From Promethearchaeia archaeon (GTDB lineage Archaea > Asgardarchaeota > Lokiarchaeia > Sigyniarchaeales > SOKP01), in contig JAHQWJ010000148.1 in assembly GCA_029856125.1 (NCBI GenBank), positions 8,588 through 72,587 of the forward strand: a DNA stretch of 64,000 nt, in the 5' to 3' direction. The notes beneath the pieces were generated by a model. The model had not been told where the DNA came from and made no database searches. It worked only from the letters and a program-made list of their open reading frames with translations. The position numbers and the translations under genes were made by a program. Positions 28,426 to 37,494 of this stretch are shown here, piece after piece. Positions within the stretch are counted from its first letter, which is position 1. Every line of letters begins with the position of its first letter.

Positions 28426-28500
28426 GGGGATGCCAGGTTGTCATAAAGCATATAAATGCTATATATAATAGGAATAGTTTTTAAGAAAAATGATGTGAAT

Positions 28501-29631
28501 TTATGGTTCAAATTTTTCTACGATTTTGGAAACTTTCTTTAACCTTCTCCCATCTCCAATGCACAATTCGTCGCTTATTCCGAGGATTAGGTTTGGAGAA
28601 AATAAGTCAAGGACTTTTTTTGTCAGGTCTATTAATCTCGATTCTTTAAATTCTCGCAAGAATAAGGTAGCTGGAATTCCGTCGACGAGTATTTTTCCAG
28701 AATCCCCTAATGCTCTTGCAATATCTTCCAAAGGCACATCTCCTAGAGGTGGTGGGGTTAACGCCTCGTATCCGTCAAAAGACATCGTGGAGAGATAGGG
28801 TAATAACTGTTTGAAAGAACCATCAATGTGAATGAAGGCAAACTTCCTTGCGTCGTGTAGTAATTTAACGCGGGTTTCATAATAATCCAAGAGGTATTTT
28901 TCAAAATATGGCGGAGACGATAAATTATGATCAATATTTTCTCCAAAATTTACGAGTTTTAAAGGGGATTTTGTTATCACTCGTTTATACTTCTTTAGAT
29001 CAATGGATTCGAGATGGTGAAAGAAATCCTCCATTTCATGCTTGTATTTTCGTAAAAAGATTATCGTTCTTTCAAAGCCGAGATAATTAAGAACGCATTT
29101 CATGTAAGGACTTCGAAAATAATAGCTTGTTGGGATGCCAAAACCTTCCATTTCCTTTTTAGCTTTCTCGTACATGACATTTGAGAAATTAAATTCAGTT
29201 TGATCCTCGAGATACATCATTACTTTAAGATCCTTAATTTTTTTGACGGGAAAATCAATTATTCGAGTATCTTTTTCAACATGAGATACTTCCCCTACCG
29301 GTGTTATCATTTTTATAAGATATGTTTTGTAGTTCAATCGTTTCCTAATTGTTTTTATTTGGTGATTCGGTTTTCTAGTTTCGTGAAATAAAGGATAACC
29401 AAAAGTTTCTTGAGGATATCGAATTGAACCATTAATGTCCTTATAGATTTCCTTGATATTTTTTCCGATGTACTCTTTTGGCACATATTTTTCAACGGCA
29501 GGGTATTTTTCGGGAGTAAGTGATTGAATTCTATTACTATTATACCAATACATTATTCGAGGTTGCCATACAATCCCATCGATGGATTCGTGTGCGAATG
29601 TCCGCAAAATTAATTTGGCAAAATCAATCAC
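28501..29631 (-). CDS. Uroporphyrinogen-decarboxylase (URO-D/MtaA)-fold family protein, divergent
   Basis: 376 aa. The C-terminal half 'FIHIDGSFKQLLPYL....DGYEALTPPPLGDV.LEDI....G..ILVDGIPATLF' resembles URO-D-family barrels. No H-x-C zinc site was seen. Confidence 0.4.
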   Translation of the reverse strand: MIDFAKLILRTFAHESIDGIVWQPRIMYWYNSNRIQSLTPEKYPAVEKYVPKEYIGKNIKEIYKDINGSIRYPQETFGYPLFHETRKPNHQIKTIRKRLNYKTYLIKMITPVGEVSHVEKDTRIIDFPVKKIKDLKVMMYLEDQTEFNFSNVMYEKAKKEMEGFGIPTSYYFRSPYMKCVLNYLGFERTIIFLRKYKHEMEDFFHHLESIDLKKYKRVITKSPLKLVNFGENIDHNLSSPPYFEKYLLDYYETRVKLLHDARKFAFIHIDGSFKQLLPYLSTMSFDGYEALTPPPLGDVPLEDIARALGDSGKILVDGIPATLFLREFKESRLIDLTKKVLDLFSPNLILGISDELCIGDGRRLKKVSKIVEKFEP

Positions 29632-29766
29632 TTTAGCAAATTAGGACCGGATAGAATATAAAGTTACTTTATAAGGATACTGTATTTTTATTTTTGAACC
29701 TTTGATTTTCTGGAAATTATTCGCTCTAACTCAAGAAATCTTTTTGAAGTAAAACCAAGTCTGAAG

Positions 29767-29834
29767 AATTAAATTTATAATATTTCACCTCATATTATTT
29801 ATTAATTTTAATTAGGAAATATTAAAGTGGGAAA
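29767..29834 (+). promoter_or_regulatory. Conserved upstream region shared with 27101-27168 (TATA-like 'AAATTTATAA')
   Basis: See 27101-27168. Confidence 0.35.
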
Positions 29835-31007
29835 ATGGTAGAAAATAAAGCTGAAATTGAATCATTGTTTAAAAATATGCTAAAAGAAACTGAAAAAAAC
29901 GCTCCAAAAGACGCGATTTATCAGGAGGACATTAAAACTATCGGAACGCTTAAAGTCCAGTGGAAGATTTGTGGTATTTTGGGATATCAAATCTTCGAGC
30001 AAGATAAAGTCTCCTACAAATTTGGAGAAAAATTAGAAAAGCCAGATATATCGTTAGTTATTAGAGATAGCGAGATATCACTCACTTTCTTAAAGGGAGA
30101 ACTCTTTGAATTTGATTACGGCCCGGCTTATGGCGGTAATTTTAAAATCAATCAAACTATCGGATGGAAAGAGATTGAAAAAGAAACGGGTAAAAAAAAT
30201 GCTAGGATAAATAAACCTTTCCTGACAGCCCGATTTAACAAAGAAAAAGAATACCATCCTTATGTCTTATCAAAAATACCTATTTTTAGAAAACTTGTAA
30301 CACAACGAGTATCAGAAGATGATTTTGGAGCATTTATACCTATCAATAAAGCTCTTGGAACATATGAAAGTCAAATCATTCCTCTCAAGGTTTTTAAACA
30401 TTTTATTGATAAAGCGAGTAATATTGTCAAGATGAATGACTGTCCTTGTAGAACATACCATGAATGTAAAGATCACAATCGTGATCTAGGATGTATGCAC
30501 ATGGGTAATGATACGTTAAATTTCCCTTCACCCCATTTCAGGAGTAAAGTTATTTCGAAGGAGGAAGCCTTAGAACATGTTAGACTTTGCATTGAGGACG
30601 GTTTAATTCCATTACTCGGTAGAGTAATGGATGAAGCTGAGGGGTTTGGAGTTCCAGATACGGGACATTTCTTATCAATGTGTTTTTGCTGTCCTTGTTG
30701 CTGTATAGATGGTACTATCGTACAAAATGCCTCAAAAGGTCTAACTACGATTTTTAAAAGGATGGAGGGTATCACTGTGAAAGTTGACGAAGACCTTTGT
30801 GTTGGTTGTGAAGAATGTTTCGAGGTTTGTGTCTTTAATGGGATGGAAATGATTGATAACAAGGCTGTAGTGAACCAGGACAACTGCTTAGGCTGTGGCA
30901 GATGTGAAACCACTTGTCCTAACGAAGCCATCTCTATAACTATTACAGATCTTAGTTACGTTGATAATTTGATTAAAAAATTAGAAGCCCATGTTGATGT
31001 TACCTAA
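29835..31007 (+). CDS. Cys-rich Fe-S protein ('CPCR', 'CFCCPCCC', 2x[4Fe-4S] ferredoxin domain); AT-rich native copy
   Basis: 390 aa with 'CVGCEECFEVC' and 'CLGCGRCETTCP'. The N-terminal ~130 aa look SCP2-like ('KPDISLVIRDSEISLTFLKGEL'). Confidence 0.7.
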   Translation: MVENKAEIESLFKNMLKETEKNAPKDAIYQEDIKTIGTLKVQWKICGILGYQIFEQDKVSYKFGEKLEKPDISLVIRDSEISLTFLKGELFEFDYGPAYGGNFKINQTIGWKEIEKETGKKNARINKPFLTARFNKEKEYHPYVLSKIPIFRKLVTQRVSEDDFGAFIPINKALGTYESQIIPLKVFKHFIDKASNIVKMNDCPCRTYHECKDHNRDLGCMHMGNDTLNFPSPHFRSKVISKEEALEHVRLCIEDGLIPLLGRVMDEAEGFGVPDTGHFLSMCFCCPCCCIDGTIVQNASKGLTTIFKRMEGITVKVDEDLCVGCEECFEVCVFNGMEMIDNKAVVNQDNCLGCGRCETTCPNEAISITITDLSYVDNLIKKLEAHVDVT

Positions 31008-31161
31008 TCTGTTAGTACGTTTAGTTATTCAAAGGATATTTTGATGTTATTTTTTTCTCTTTTTTTTCAAAATCTTATTTGATCCTTTTAACGAATAGTT
31101 ATTTTAATTTTGAAGTTTAACTACACCTATATATAGAAAAAATTAATTTTAGGTTAACTAC

Positions 31162-31584
31162 ATGATCTCAATTCAAAAAGGGGAGGATTTGCTCTCAATT
31201 TCCTTAAGCACCATCTTAAACCATAGGAAAGACGAGCCCGAATTTCAAAAACTTGTTATCGATTGGAACAAGAAGATTCTAATTGATATTGAAGATTTCT
31301 ATCCACTTGAAATTATATTTCATCGCAACGAGATTAAATTTAAAGTAAACGATATCGATAAAAAAGTAGATCTTAAAGTTAAAATGAACATTTACACCCT
31401 TTTAGATTTGGCTTACAGAAGACTAAACCCTGTAAAAGCCGTTTTTCAGCGTAAATTAAGATTTAAGGGATTGTTGAAATTTAGAATTTTATTAAAATTT
31501 ATGAACATTTTTCTGAAAAGCATGCAAATGGTTGCTTCAGACCCTAACAATAAATATTACGAATTAAATAAAGATATTAGGTAA
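31162..31584 (+). CDS. SCP2 (sterol-carrier-protein-2)-like small protein
   Basis: 140 aa with 'VDLKVKMNIYTLLDLAYRRLNPVKAVFQRKLRFKGLL', which fits the SCP2 pattern. Paralog of 34273-34695. Confidence 0.5.
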   Translation: MISIQKGEDLLSISLSTILNHRKDEPEFQKLVIDWNKKILIDIEDFYPLEIIFHRNEIKFKVNDIDKKVDLKVKMNIYTLLDLAYRRLNPVKAVFQRKLRFKGLLKFRILLKFMNIFLKSMQMVASDPNNKYYELNKDIR

Positions 31585-31602
31585 AATGGTGAAAGAAAAC
31601 AT

Positions 31603-33078
31603 ATGACTGCAACAAAGGAAAGAAATTTGTACGAGAAAATAAGGAAGGAGAATGTGTTTAAAAAATTAGGAGAAATATTTGGAAGTAAAAACGTCACAGA
31701 TAAATCTGTAGATTTATATCCTTACTCATACGATATGACCGAATGCGAAGCACACATGCCTGATTTTGTAGTTATTCCTGAAAATTCAGCTCAATTAATC
31801 GAACTAGTAAAATTTTGTAATCAAAATTCCATACCAATTGTACCTTACATATCTGGGAATAACGTTGGAGGTTTGACAATTCCAGAATACGGGGGTGTTG
31901 TCGTCGATTTTAGTAAGAAAATGAACAGAATTCTCCACATCAATGAAAATATGATGTATGCTCTCTTAGAGCCAGGAGTTACCTTCGGAGAATTAAAGAA
32001 ACAGTTAGACGAACATTATCCACATCTAAGATATAGTTACCCATTTGCTCCACCTTACGCAGGAGTGGTTGGAAATGTAATTTTGAGCGGTATGAATAAT
32101 CTTTCGTGTAAACTTGGTTCAATGGGAGATTCTATCAATGGACTAGAAGTTATAACTGCTGATGGCGAACTTATTCGAATTGGTTCTTGCTTTTATGGTA
32201 AGGATACCGCAGATGATGATTCTTGGTGGAGCAGATATCCGATGCCAGATTTAATGGGTTTATTTATCAATTGGCAAGGTATGACGGGTTTAGTAACCAA
32301 ATGCGCCGTACAGTTATGGCCAAATCCCCCTCTTAAGAAAACCTATCTTGGAATTGTTTTCGGCTTACCTGATATCGCACCGGTCATAAGAGAAGTTGGG
32401 AGGACTGAAATTGTTGATGACATTTCAGCAGTAAGTATTGAAGTTGTAAAAATGGCTGTAGAACTTCCAGAACCGGTAAAAATACCTGGTGAACCAGATT
32501 TTGCTGCACTTTTTTCTATTTCTGGGAAAACTGAAAGCCTTTTCAAAGCTAAGGAGGAATATTTAAAGCTAACTATAGAAAATTTGAAGAAAAAGGGCAT
32601 AAAAGTTCTTTTAGTTGATGCTGACGAGTTTACAAAGTTATTCAGTTTAAGAGTAAGATGCCATTTAGATCTACCAGCAGTCATTTTATCGTTAGTAGAA
32701 TATTCGGGGTTAACATGGTTTGGATCCTATGCTCCAACACATAAACTCGAAGATTTAATACCTCAAGTGAACGACCTGTTTATAAAATACAAAGTTCCTC
32801 CATTTATTTACATGAAAATAATGAAGCATTCTCATTATGGAATTTTTCGACCTATCCTTAGATATAATAAATACAAAGATGAGGAAAACATTCATAGCTT
32901 ACTAAACGAGATTGCAGAACTATGCATCGCCGAGGGCTGTATTCCTTATAAGACGCCTGCGTGGATGACGGAAAAAATGCGTGAGATAATCAATCCAGGT
33001 TGGCAAAAATTATTCGACAAAATTAAAAATTGCATTGATCCAAATAAAATATTTAATCCCGGAAGATGGAATACATGA
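31603..33078 (+). CDS. FAD-linked oxidase (PCMH/GlcD-type)
   Basis: 491 aa with 'FVVIPENSAQLIELVKFCNQNSIPIVPYISGNNVGG' and C-terminal 'IDPNKIFNPGRW'. Close paralog of 34706-36181. Confidence 0.75.
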   Translation: MTATKERNLYEKIRKENVFKKLGEIFGSKNVTDKSVDLYPYSYDMTECEAHMPDFVVIPENSAQLIELVKFCNQNSIPIVPYISGNNVGGLTIPEYGGVVVDFSKKMNRILHINENMMYALLEPGVTFGELKKQLDEHYPHLRYSYPFAPPYAGVVGNVILSGMNNLSCKLGSMGDSINGLEVITADGELIRIGSCFYGKDTADDDSWWSRYPMPDLMGLFINWQGMTGLVTKCAVQLWPNPPLKKTYLGIVFGLPDIAPVIREVGRTEIVDDISAVSIEVVKMAVELPEPVKIPGEPDFAALFSISGKTESLFKAKEEYLKLTIENLKKKGIKVLLVDADEFTKLFSLRVRCHLDLPAVILSLVEYSGLTWFGSYAPTHKLEDLIPQVNDLFIKYKVPPFIYMKIMKHSHYGIFRPILRYNKYKDEENIHSLLNEIAELCIAEGCIPYKTPAWMTEKMREIINPGWQKLFDKIKNCIDPNKIFNPGRWNT

Positions 33079-33138
33079 ATCATTATTAAGAATTTTTAAA
33101 AATTCTGTTAATTTATCCAAATAAAGGTGATACATTAA

Positions 33139-34170
33139 ATGATCGAAACAAATATAACAAAAATGTTTGGGATTAAACATCCTATATTTAGCGCTCCAAT
33201 GGGTCCCTTTTTTACCCGCGATTTAGCTCTAGCTGTCAGTGAAGCCGGGGGATTAGGAGTGTTATCAAACGTGAATATAGCTGGTACAGATCCCGTTAAG
33301 GAACATAAAGCAAGCCTTGAACACATGATTGAACATACTGATAAACCGTTCGGTCTTAATATCCTAACATCTCGGAATAATCCTGGAGTGAGACAAATGG
33401 TCAGATCATTACCAAGAATAGTCATGGGTAATGTAAAAATGCGCGATCAGTGTAAATATTGGCTGACTTCGGCAGGTTCTTCAAGAGTTCTCGCAGAATC
33501 GAAAAGTTTTATAGAATTAAGAGAGAATTCAGAAGTTAAACACTTTCACGTTGCTCCAGCTGTATGGTTGGCTCAGAAATGTATAGCTTCAAAAGTAGAT
33601 GGAATAGTGGTGACTGGTACTGAAGGTGGAGGTCATCAATCGTATGAGAGAGTTAGTACTCTTGTTCTACTACAACAGATTAATGAGAAATTCCCTGATT
33701 TGCCAAAGATTGCTTGTGGGGGTTTTGCTACTGGAGAGTCTTTAGCTGCAGCACTTTCGTTAGGTGCAGGAGCAGTAGCAATGGGATCAAGATTTATAGC
33801 TTCTAAGCAGAGCGAATTTCACGAAAAATACAAAGCGTTAATTCCCCCTGGAAATCCGCAAGATACAGGGCTCTATACTGGATCGTTCGGTCCTATTCGG
33901 TTGTATAAAAACGAATACGCATTATCGCATCCTGCGCCCAGTAGTAAAGAGGAAATGATCGCTTACGAAAACTCTATATCTCCAGAACAAAGAGCAAAAG
34001 ATATGGGTGCCTATGATAGGGTATACAATGGGGATATTAATACTGGAGCTGTTTTACTAGGTCAATCAATAGGAATTATTGATAGTATAGAGAATGTCAA
34101 TGATATTATTGAACGAATAATGAAAAACGCTGAAACTGCTATTAGAAGAAATAGTTCCATGTTAAAATAA
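33139..34170 (+). CDS. Nitronate monooxygenase / FabK-like FMN enoyl reductase family protein
   Basis: 343 aa with 'MFGIKHPIFSAPMGPF..DLALAVSEAGGLGVLS' and 'GTEGGGH'. Confidence 0.75.
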   Translation: MIETNITKMFGIKHPIFSAPMGPFFTRDLALAVSEAGGLGVLSNVNIAGTDPVKEHKASLEHMIEHTDKPFGLNILTSRNNPGVRQMVRSLPRIVMGNVKMRDQCKYWLTSAGSSRVLAESKSFIELRENSEVKHFHVAPAVWLAQKCIASKVDGIVVTGTEGGGHQSYERVSTLVLLQQINEKFPDLPKIACGGFATGESLAAALSLGAGAVAMGSRFIASKQSEFHEKYKALIPPGNPQDTGLYTGSFGPIRLYKNEYALSHPAPSSKEEMIAYENSISPEQRAKDMGAYDRVYNGDINTGAVLLGQSIGIIDSIENVNDIIERIMKNAETAIRRNSSMLK

Positions 34171-34272
34171 GACCAAATCTAAACTAAAAATAACCAATTT
34201 ATTCCTTTTTTTATAAATTGGGCAAAAGGTTAATTTGTTTTTAAAAAAAAAAACTAATATAAGTGAATTAAT

Positions 34273-34695
34273 ATGCTTAATATAGAATTCCCGGATGATT
34301 TAATTTCTATATCGTTGTATAATGTTTTCAGTTCGAGGAAGGACGATAGAAAATTTATAAAACACGCGAAAGATTGGAATACAAAAATAGTACTTCATAT
34401 CGAGCCTTTCTATCCCGTGACAGTAATCTTCGACGGTAGTAATATAAGGTTTGAAAGGAAAGAATATCCAAAACCAGACATGAAGGTTAAAATTCATATC
34501 AACACCATGCTTGATATCGCTAACGATAGGTTAAATCCTTTTTTTGCTATTGAAGAAAAAAAAATGGAAATTGAAGGATTAGGTGAAGATAGCGAAAAAA
34601 TTATGCGGTTTTTCAATATTTTTGTCTTATCTATGCAGATGGTAGCTCAAGAGCCTAATGTGAATTATTTTGAATTAAACAAGAATACCAGGTGA
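34273..34695 (+). CDS. SCP2-like small protein
   Basis: 140 aa, co-linear with 31162-31584 ('KPDMKVKIHINTMLDIANDRLNPFFAIEEKKMEIEGL'). Confidence 0.5.
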   Translation: MLNIEFPDDLISISLYNVFSSRKDDRKFIKHAKDWNTKIVLHIEPFYPVTVIFDGSNIRFERKEYPKPDMKVKIHINTMLDIANDRLNPFFAIEEKKMEIEGLGEDSEKIMRFFNIFVLSMQMVAQEPNVNYFELNKNTR

Positions 34696-34705
34696 TATAA
34701 CTCTA

Positions 34706-36181
34706 ATGACAGCAACAAAACAACGAAATGTGTTTGAAAAAATTTCAAAAGATAATGTTTATTCTAAATTAGTCGAGATTTTTGGTAGCGATTATGTTAC
34801 TGATAAAAATGTTGACTTGTACCCCTATTCTCAAGATATGACTGAGAACAAACCTCACATGCCCGATTTTGTGGTTATCCCTGAAAATAAAGAGCAATTA
34901 GTGGAACTAGTTAAGTTTTGTAACGAATATTCAGTTCCATTAGTTCCCTATACCACGGGAAATAATGTTGGAGGGCTTACAATCCCTGATTATGGCGGTA
35001 TTATTGTAGATTTTGGAAAAAGGATGAATAAAATCTTACATGTAGATGACAATATGATGTACGCCCTCTTAGAACCCGGTGTTACCTTTGGTCAACTTAA
35101 GAAACACCTAGATGAGAATTTCCCAAGTCTAAGATATAGCTACCCAAACGCGCCCCCTTACTCAGGTGTAGTTGGAAACGCCTTATTAAGCGGCATGACA
35201 AATTTGGGTGCAAAAATCGGCTCAATGGCAGATGGCATTAATGGTCTTGAGGTTATAACCTTTGATGGAACTGTATCTCGAATTGGATCGTGCTTCTACG
35301 GAAATGATAAATCAGAAGACGATAGCTGGTGGTGTAGATATCCGATGCCTGACCTTATGGGATTATTCGTCAATTGGCAAGGCATGACCGGCTTGATAAG
35401 CAAATGCGCCGTTCAATTATGGCCAAAAGAACCAATTGAAAAACCTCAGCTCGTTGTCTTTTTTGGGTTAACAGATTTAGGTCCTTTTTTGAGAGAGGTA
35501 GGTAGAGCAGATATTGTTAACGATGTTGCTGCATTTTCAGTGGAGGTTGCTAAAATGGAGGTTGGAATACCAGAACCCGTAAGATATCCTGGAGAACCTC
35601 TTTATACTGCCGTAATGCCGATGACGGCAAAAACTGAAAACCAAATGAATGCCAAATTAGAAATTCTTAACGATATAATTGAAAAGCTAAATAAAGAAGG
35701 AACTGATATTCATTTAATTGATTATAACGAGTTTGCTAAGCTTTTTGGTCTAAAAGCTCTCAATATTTACAACTTACCATCACAGATTCTTTCCTTACAC
35801 GAATATAGCGGACTTACGTGGTTTGGCGCCTATGCTCCCTCTCATAAATTTGAAGAATTAATTGAGAAAACAGATGCGTTGTATCATAAACATGGGGTAC
35901 CCCCGTTTAACTATCTTAAGATTATGAAAGGAGGTCATTATGGTATATTTAGACCTATCTTTCGGTTTAAGAAATTTACAGATCAAGACAAAATCGTTAA
36001 GTTATTGGAAGAAATAGCTGATGTTTGTATAGACTTAGGGTGTATACCTTATAAAACGCCATCGTGGTTGACTGCAAAATTGCGTAAGAAAATCAATCCA
36101 GGATGGATTAGTCTTTTTGAAAAGATAAAACATTGTATGGATCCTAATAATATATTTAATCCAGGAAGGTGGAACACATAA
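34706..36181 (+). CDS. FAD-linked oxidase (PCMH/GlcD-type)
   Basis: 491 aa, same length as and co-linear with 31603-33078. Confidence 0.75.
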   Translation: MTATKQRNVFEKISKDNVYSKLVEIFGSDYVTDKNVDLYPYSQDMTENKPHMPDFVVIPENKEQLVELVKFCNEYSVPLVPYTTGNNVGGLTIPDYGGIIVDFGKRMNKILHVDDNMMYALLEPGVTFGQLKKHLDENFPSLRYSYPNAPPYSGVVGNALLSGMTNLGAKIGSMADGINGLEVITFDGTVSRIGSCFYGNDKSEDDSWWCRYPMPDLMGLFVNWQGMTGLISKCAVQLWPKEPIEKPQLVVFFGLTDLGPFLREVGRADIVNDVAAFSVEVAKMEVGIPEPVRYPGEPLYTAVMPMTAKTENQMNAKLEILNDIIEKLNKEGTDIHLIDYNEFAKLFGLKALNIYNLPSQILSLHEYSGLTWFGAYAPSHKFEELIEKTDALYHKHGVPPFNYLKIMKGGHYGIFRPIFRFKKFTDQDKIVKLLEEIADVCIDLGCIPYKTPSWLTAKLRKKINPGWISLFEKIKHCMDPNNIFNPGRWNT

Positions 36182-37359
36182 TGGTTGAAATTAAAGAAGA
36201 TTTAATGGGAAAAGAAGTTTTGGAAATGGCATTTGATCGTTGTATCAAGTGCAGTACTTGTAAATATAGCTACAAGGATTTCGAAAAAATGTGCCCAAGT
36301 GGAGAAAAATTCCTATTCGAATCGTATTGGGCATCAGGCCGAATCAGAATAATACGAGGTGTTTTAAATGGCGATCTGGAGTGGACGGAGGATTTACTAG
36401 ATCCTATTTTTGCTTGTACAACTTGTGGCGCTTGTATGGACGCTTGTCAGGCACCCCACGCGGATTATATTGTCGAGATGATAGAAGCCCTAAGAGAATT
36501 AGCTGTAAAAAACATTGGACCAGCGGAAAACCAAAAATTCTTAGTTACCCGATGCGAAGACAGTTGTAATCCTTACGGCGATCCAAACTCAGATAACGCA
36601 GAGTTGAAAAAAGAGTACGACCTACCGGATAAAGCCGAATGGGTCTATTTTATAGGATGTACCTCAAACTACCGTCAAAAAAGCCTAAGAGATTCTACTC
36701 TGAGGTTTTTGAAAAAAGCGGGTATTGATTTTACATTAATAGACGAACATTGTTGTACAAGCCCTATGATTAGAACTGGTCAATTGAGCATTGTTGATGA
36801 ATATATGAAATATAATATCGATCAAATAAAAAAGGCTGGTGCGACTAAAGTAATCACCTCATGCGCAGGATGTTATAAAACTTTATCGAAAGATTTCGAG
36901 AGGTTTGTAAACGCATTAGAATTTGAAATCTACCATTCGCTCGAATTAGTGAAGAACCTCTTAGACGAGAAAAAGATAGAGTTTAAATTTGAATATAATA
37001 AAACCGTTACCTACCACGATCCGTGCCATTTAGGAAGACACATGGGGGTCTATGAGTTACCAAGAGAGATTTACAAACAGATACCCGGATTAAATTTAGT
37101 AGAAATGAAAAGAAATCGAAATTTTGCGTGGTGTTGTGGTGCAGGCGGCGGAGTGAAAATTGGTTATCCTGATTGGGCGTTAGAGGTTTCTAAAGATCGC
37201 TTAGAAGAAGCACAGGAAACCGGAGCAACGGTTATAACATCAACATGTCCATTCTGTAAAACTAACTTAAGCGACGCTAACGATAATTATAACTTTGATT
37301 TTGAAGTACTTGACCTAATGGAAATCATAGATCAATTGGATATTGAAATTGAGAAGTAA
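36181..37359 (+). CDS. (Fe-S)-binding CCG-domain oxidoreductase, GlcF/HdrD-like
   Basis: 'CIKCSTCKY...CP', 'CTTCGACMDAC', 'CCTS' and 'CCGAGGG'. The ATG at 36181 overlaps the upstream TAA (TAATG). Homolog of 10090-11349. Confidence 0.75.
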   Translation: MVEIKEDLMGKEVLEMAFDRCIKCSTCKYSYKDFEKMCPSGEKFLFESYWASGRIRIIRGVLNGDLEWTEDLLDPIFACTTCGACMDACQAPHADYIVEMIEALRELAVKNIGPAENQKFLVTRCEDSCNPYGDPNSDNAELKKEYDLPDKAEWVYFIGCTSNYRQKSLRDSTLRFLKKAGIDFTLIDEHCCTSPMIRTGQLSIVDEYMKYNIDQIKKAGATKVITSCAGCYKTLSKDFERFVNALEFEIYHSLELVKNLLDEKKIEFKFEYNKTVTYHDPCHLGRHMGVYELPREIYKQIPGLNLVEMKRNRNFAWCCGAGGGVKIGYPDWALEVSKDRLEEAQETGATVITSTCPFCKTNLSDANDNYNFDFEVLDLMEIIDQLDIEIEK

Positions 37360-37494
37360 AAACAAATAGAATTATCACTTTTCCTTAATTTTTTATTCTA
37401 AAATTACTTTTTAGTAAAAATCTTTTTAAACTAATTTAGTAAATTAATAGTAATAATTGATTTTGAAGAGAGATATTGTATAAGGGTGTAAAAT

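Noticed and set aside
27000-28500. Mobile element (IS, integron cassette or prophage remnant) carrying the G+C-rich segment
   Set aside because: No transposase or integrase ORF, terminal inverted repeats or target duplications are visible. The insert is exactly one gene body fused in frame to native 5' sequence, which fits homologous or illegitimate replacement better.
30473-30931. 152-aa antisense ORF opposite the ferredoxin domain of 29835-31007
   Set aside because: It mirrors the Cys-rich sense sequence, has no independent start context, and the sense gene is strongly supported by paralogy.
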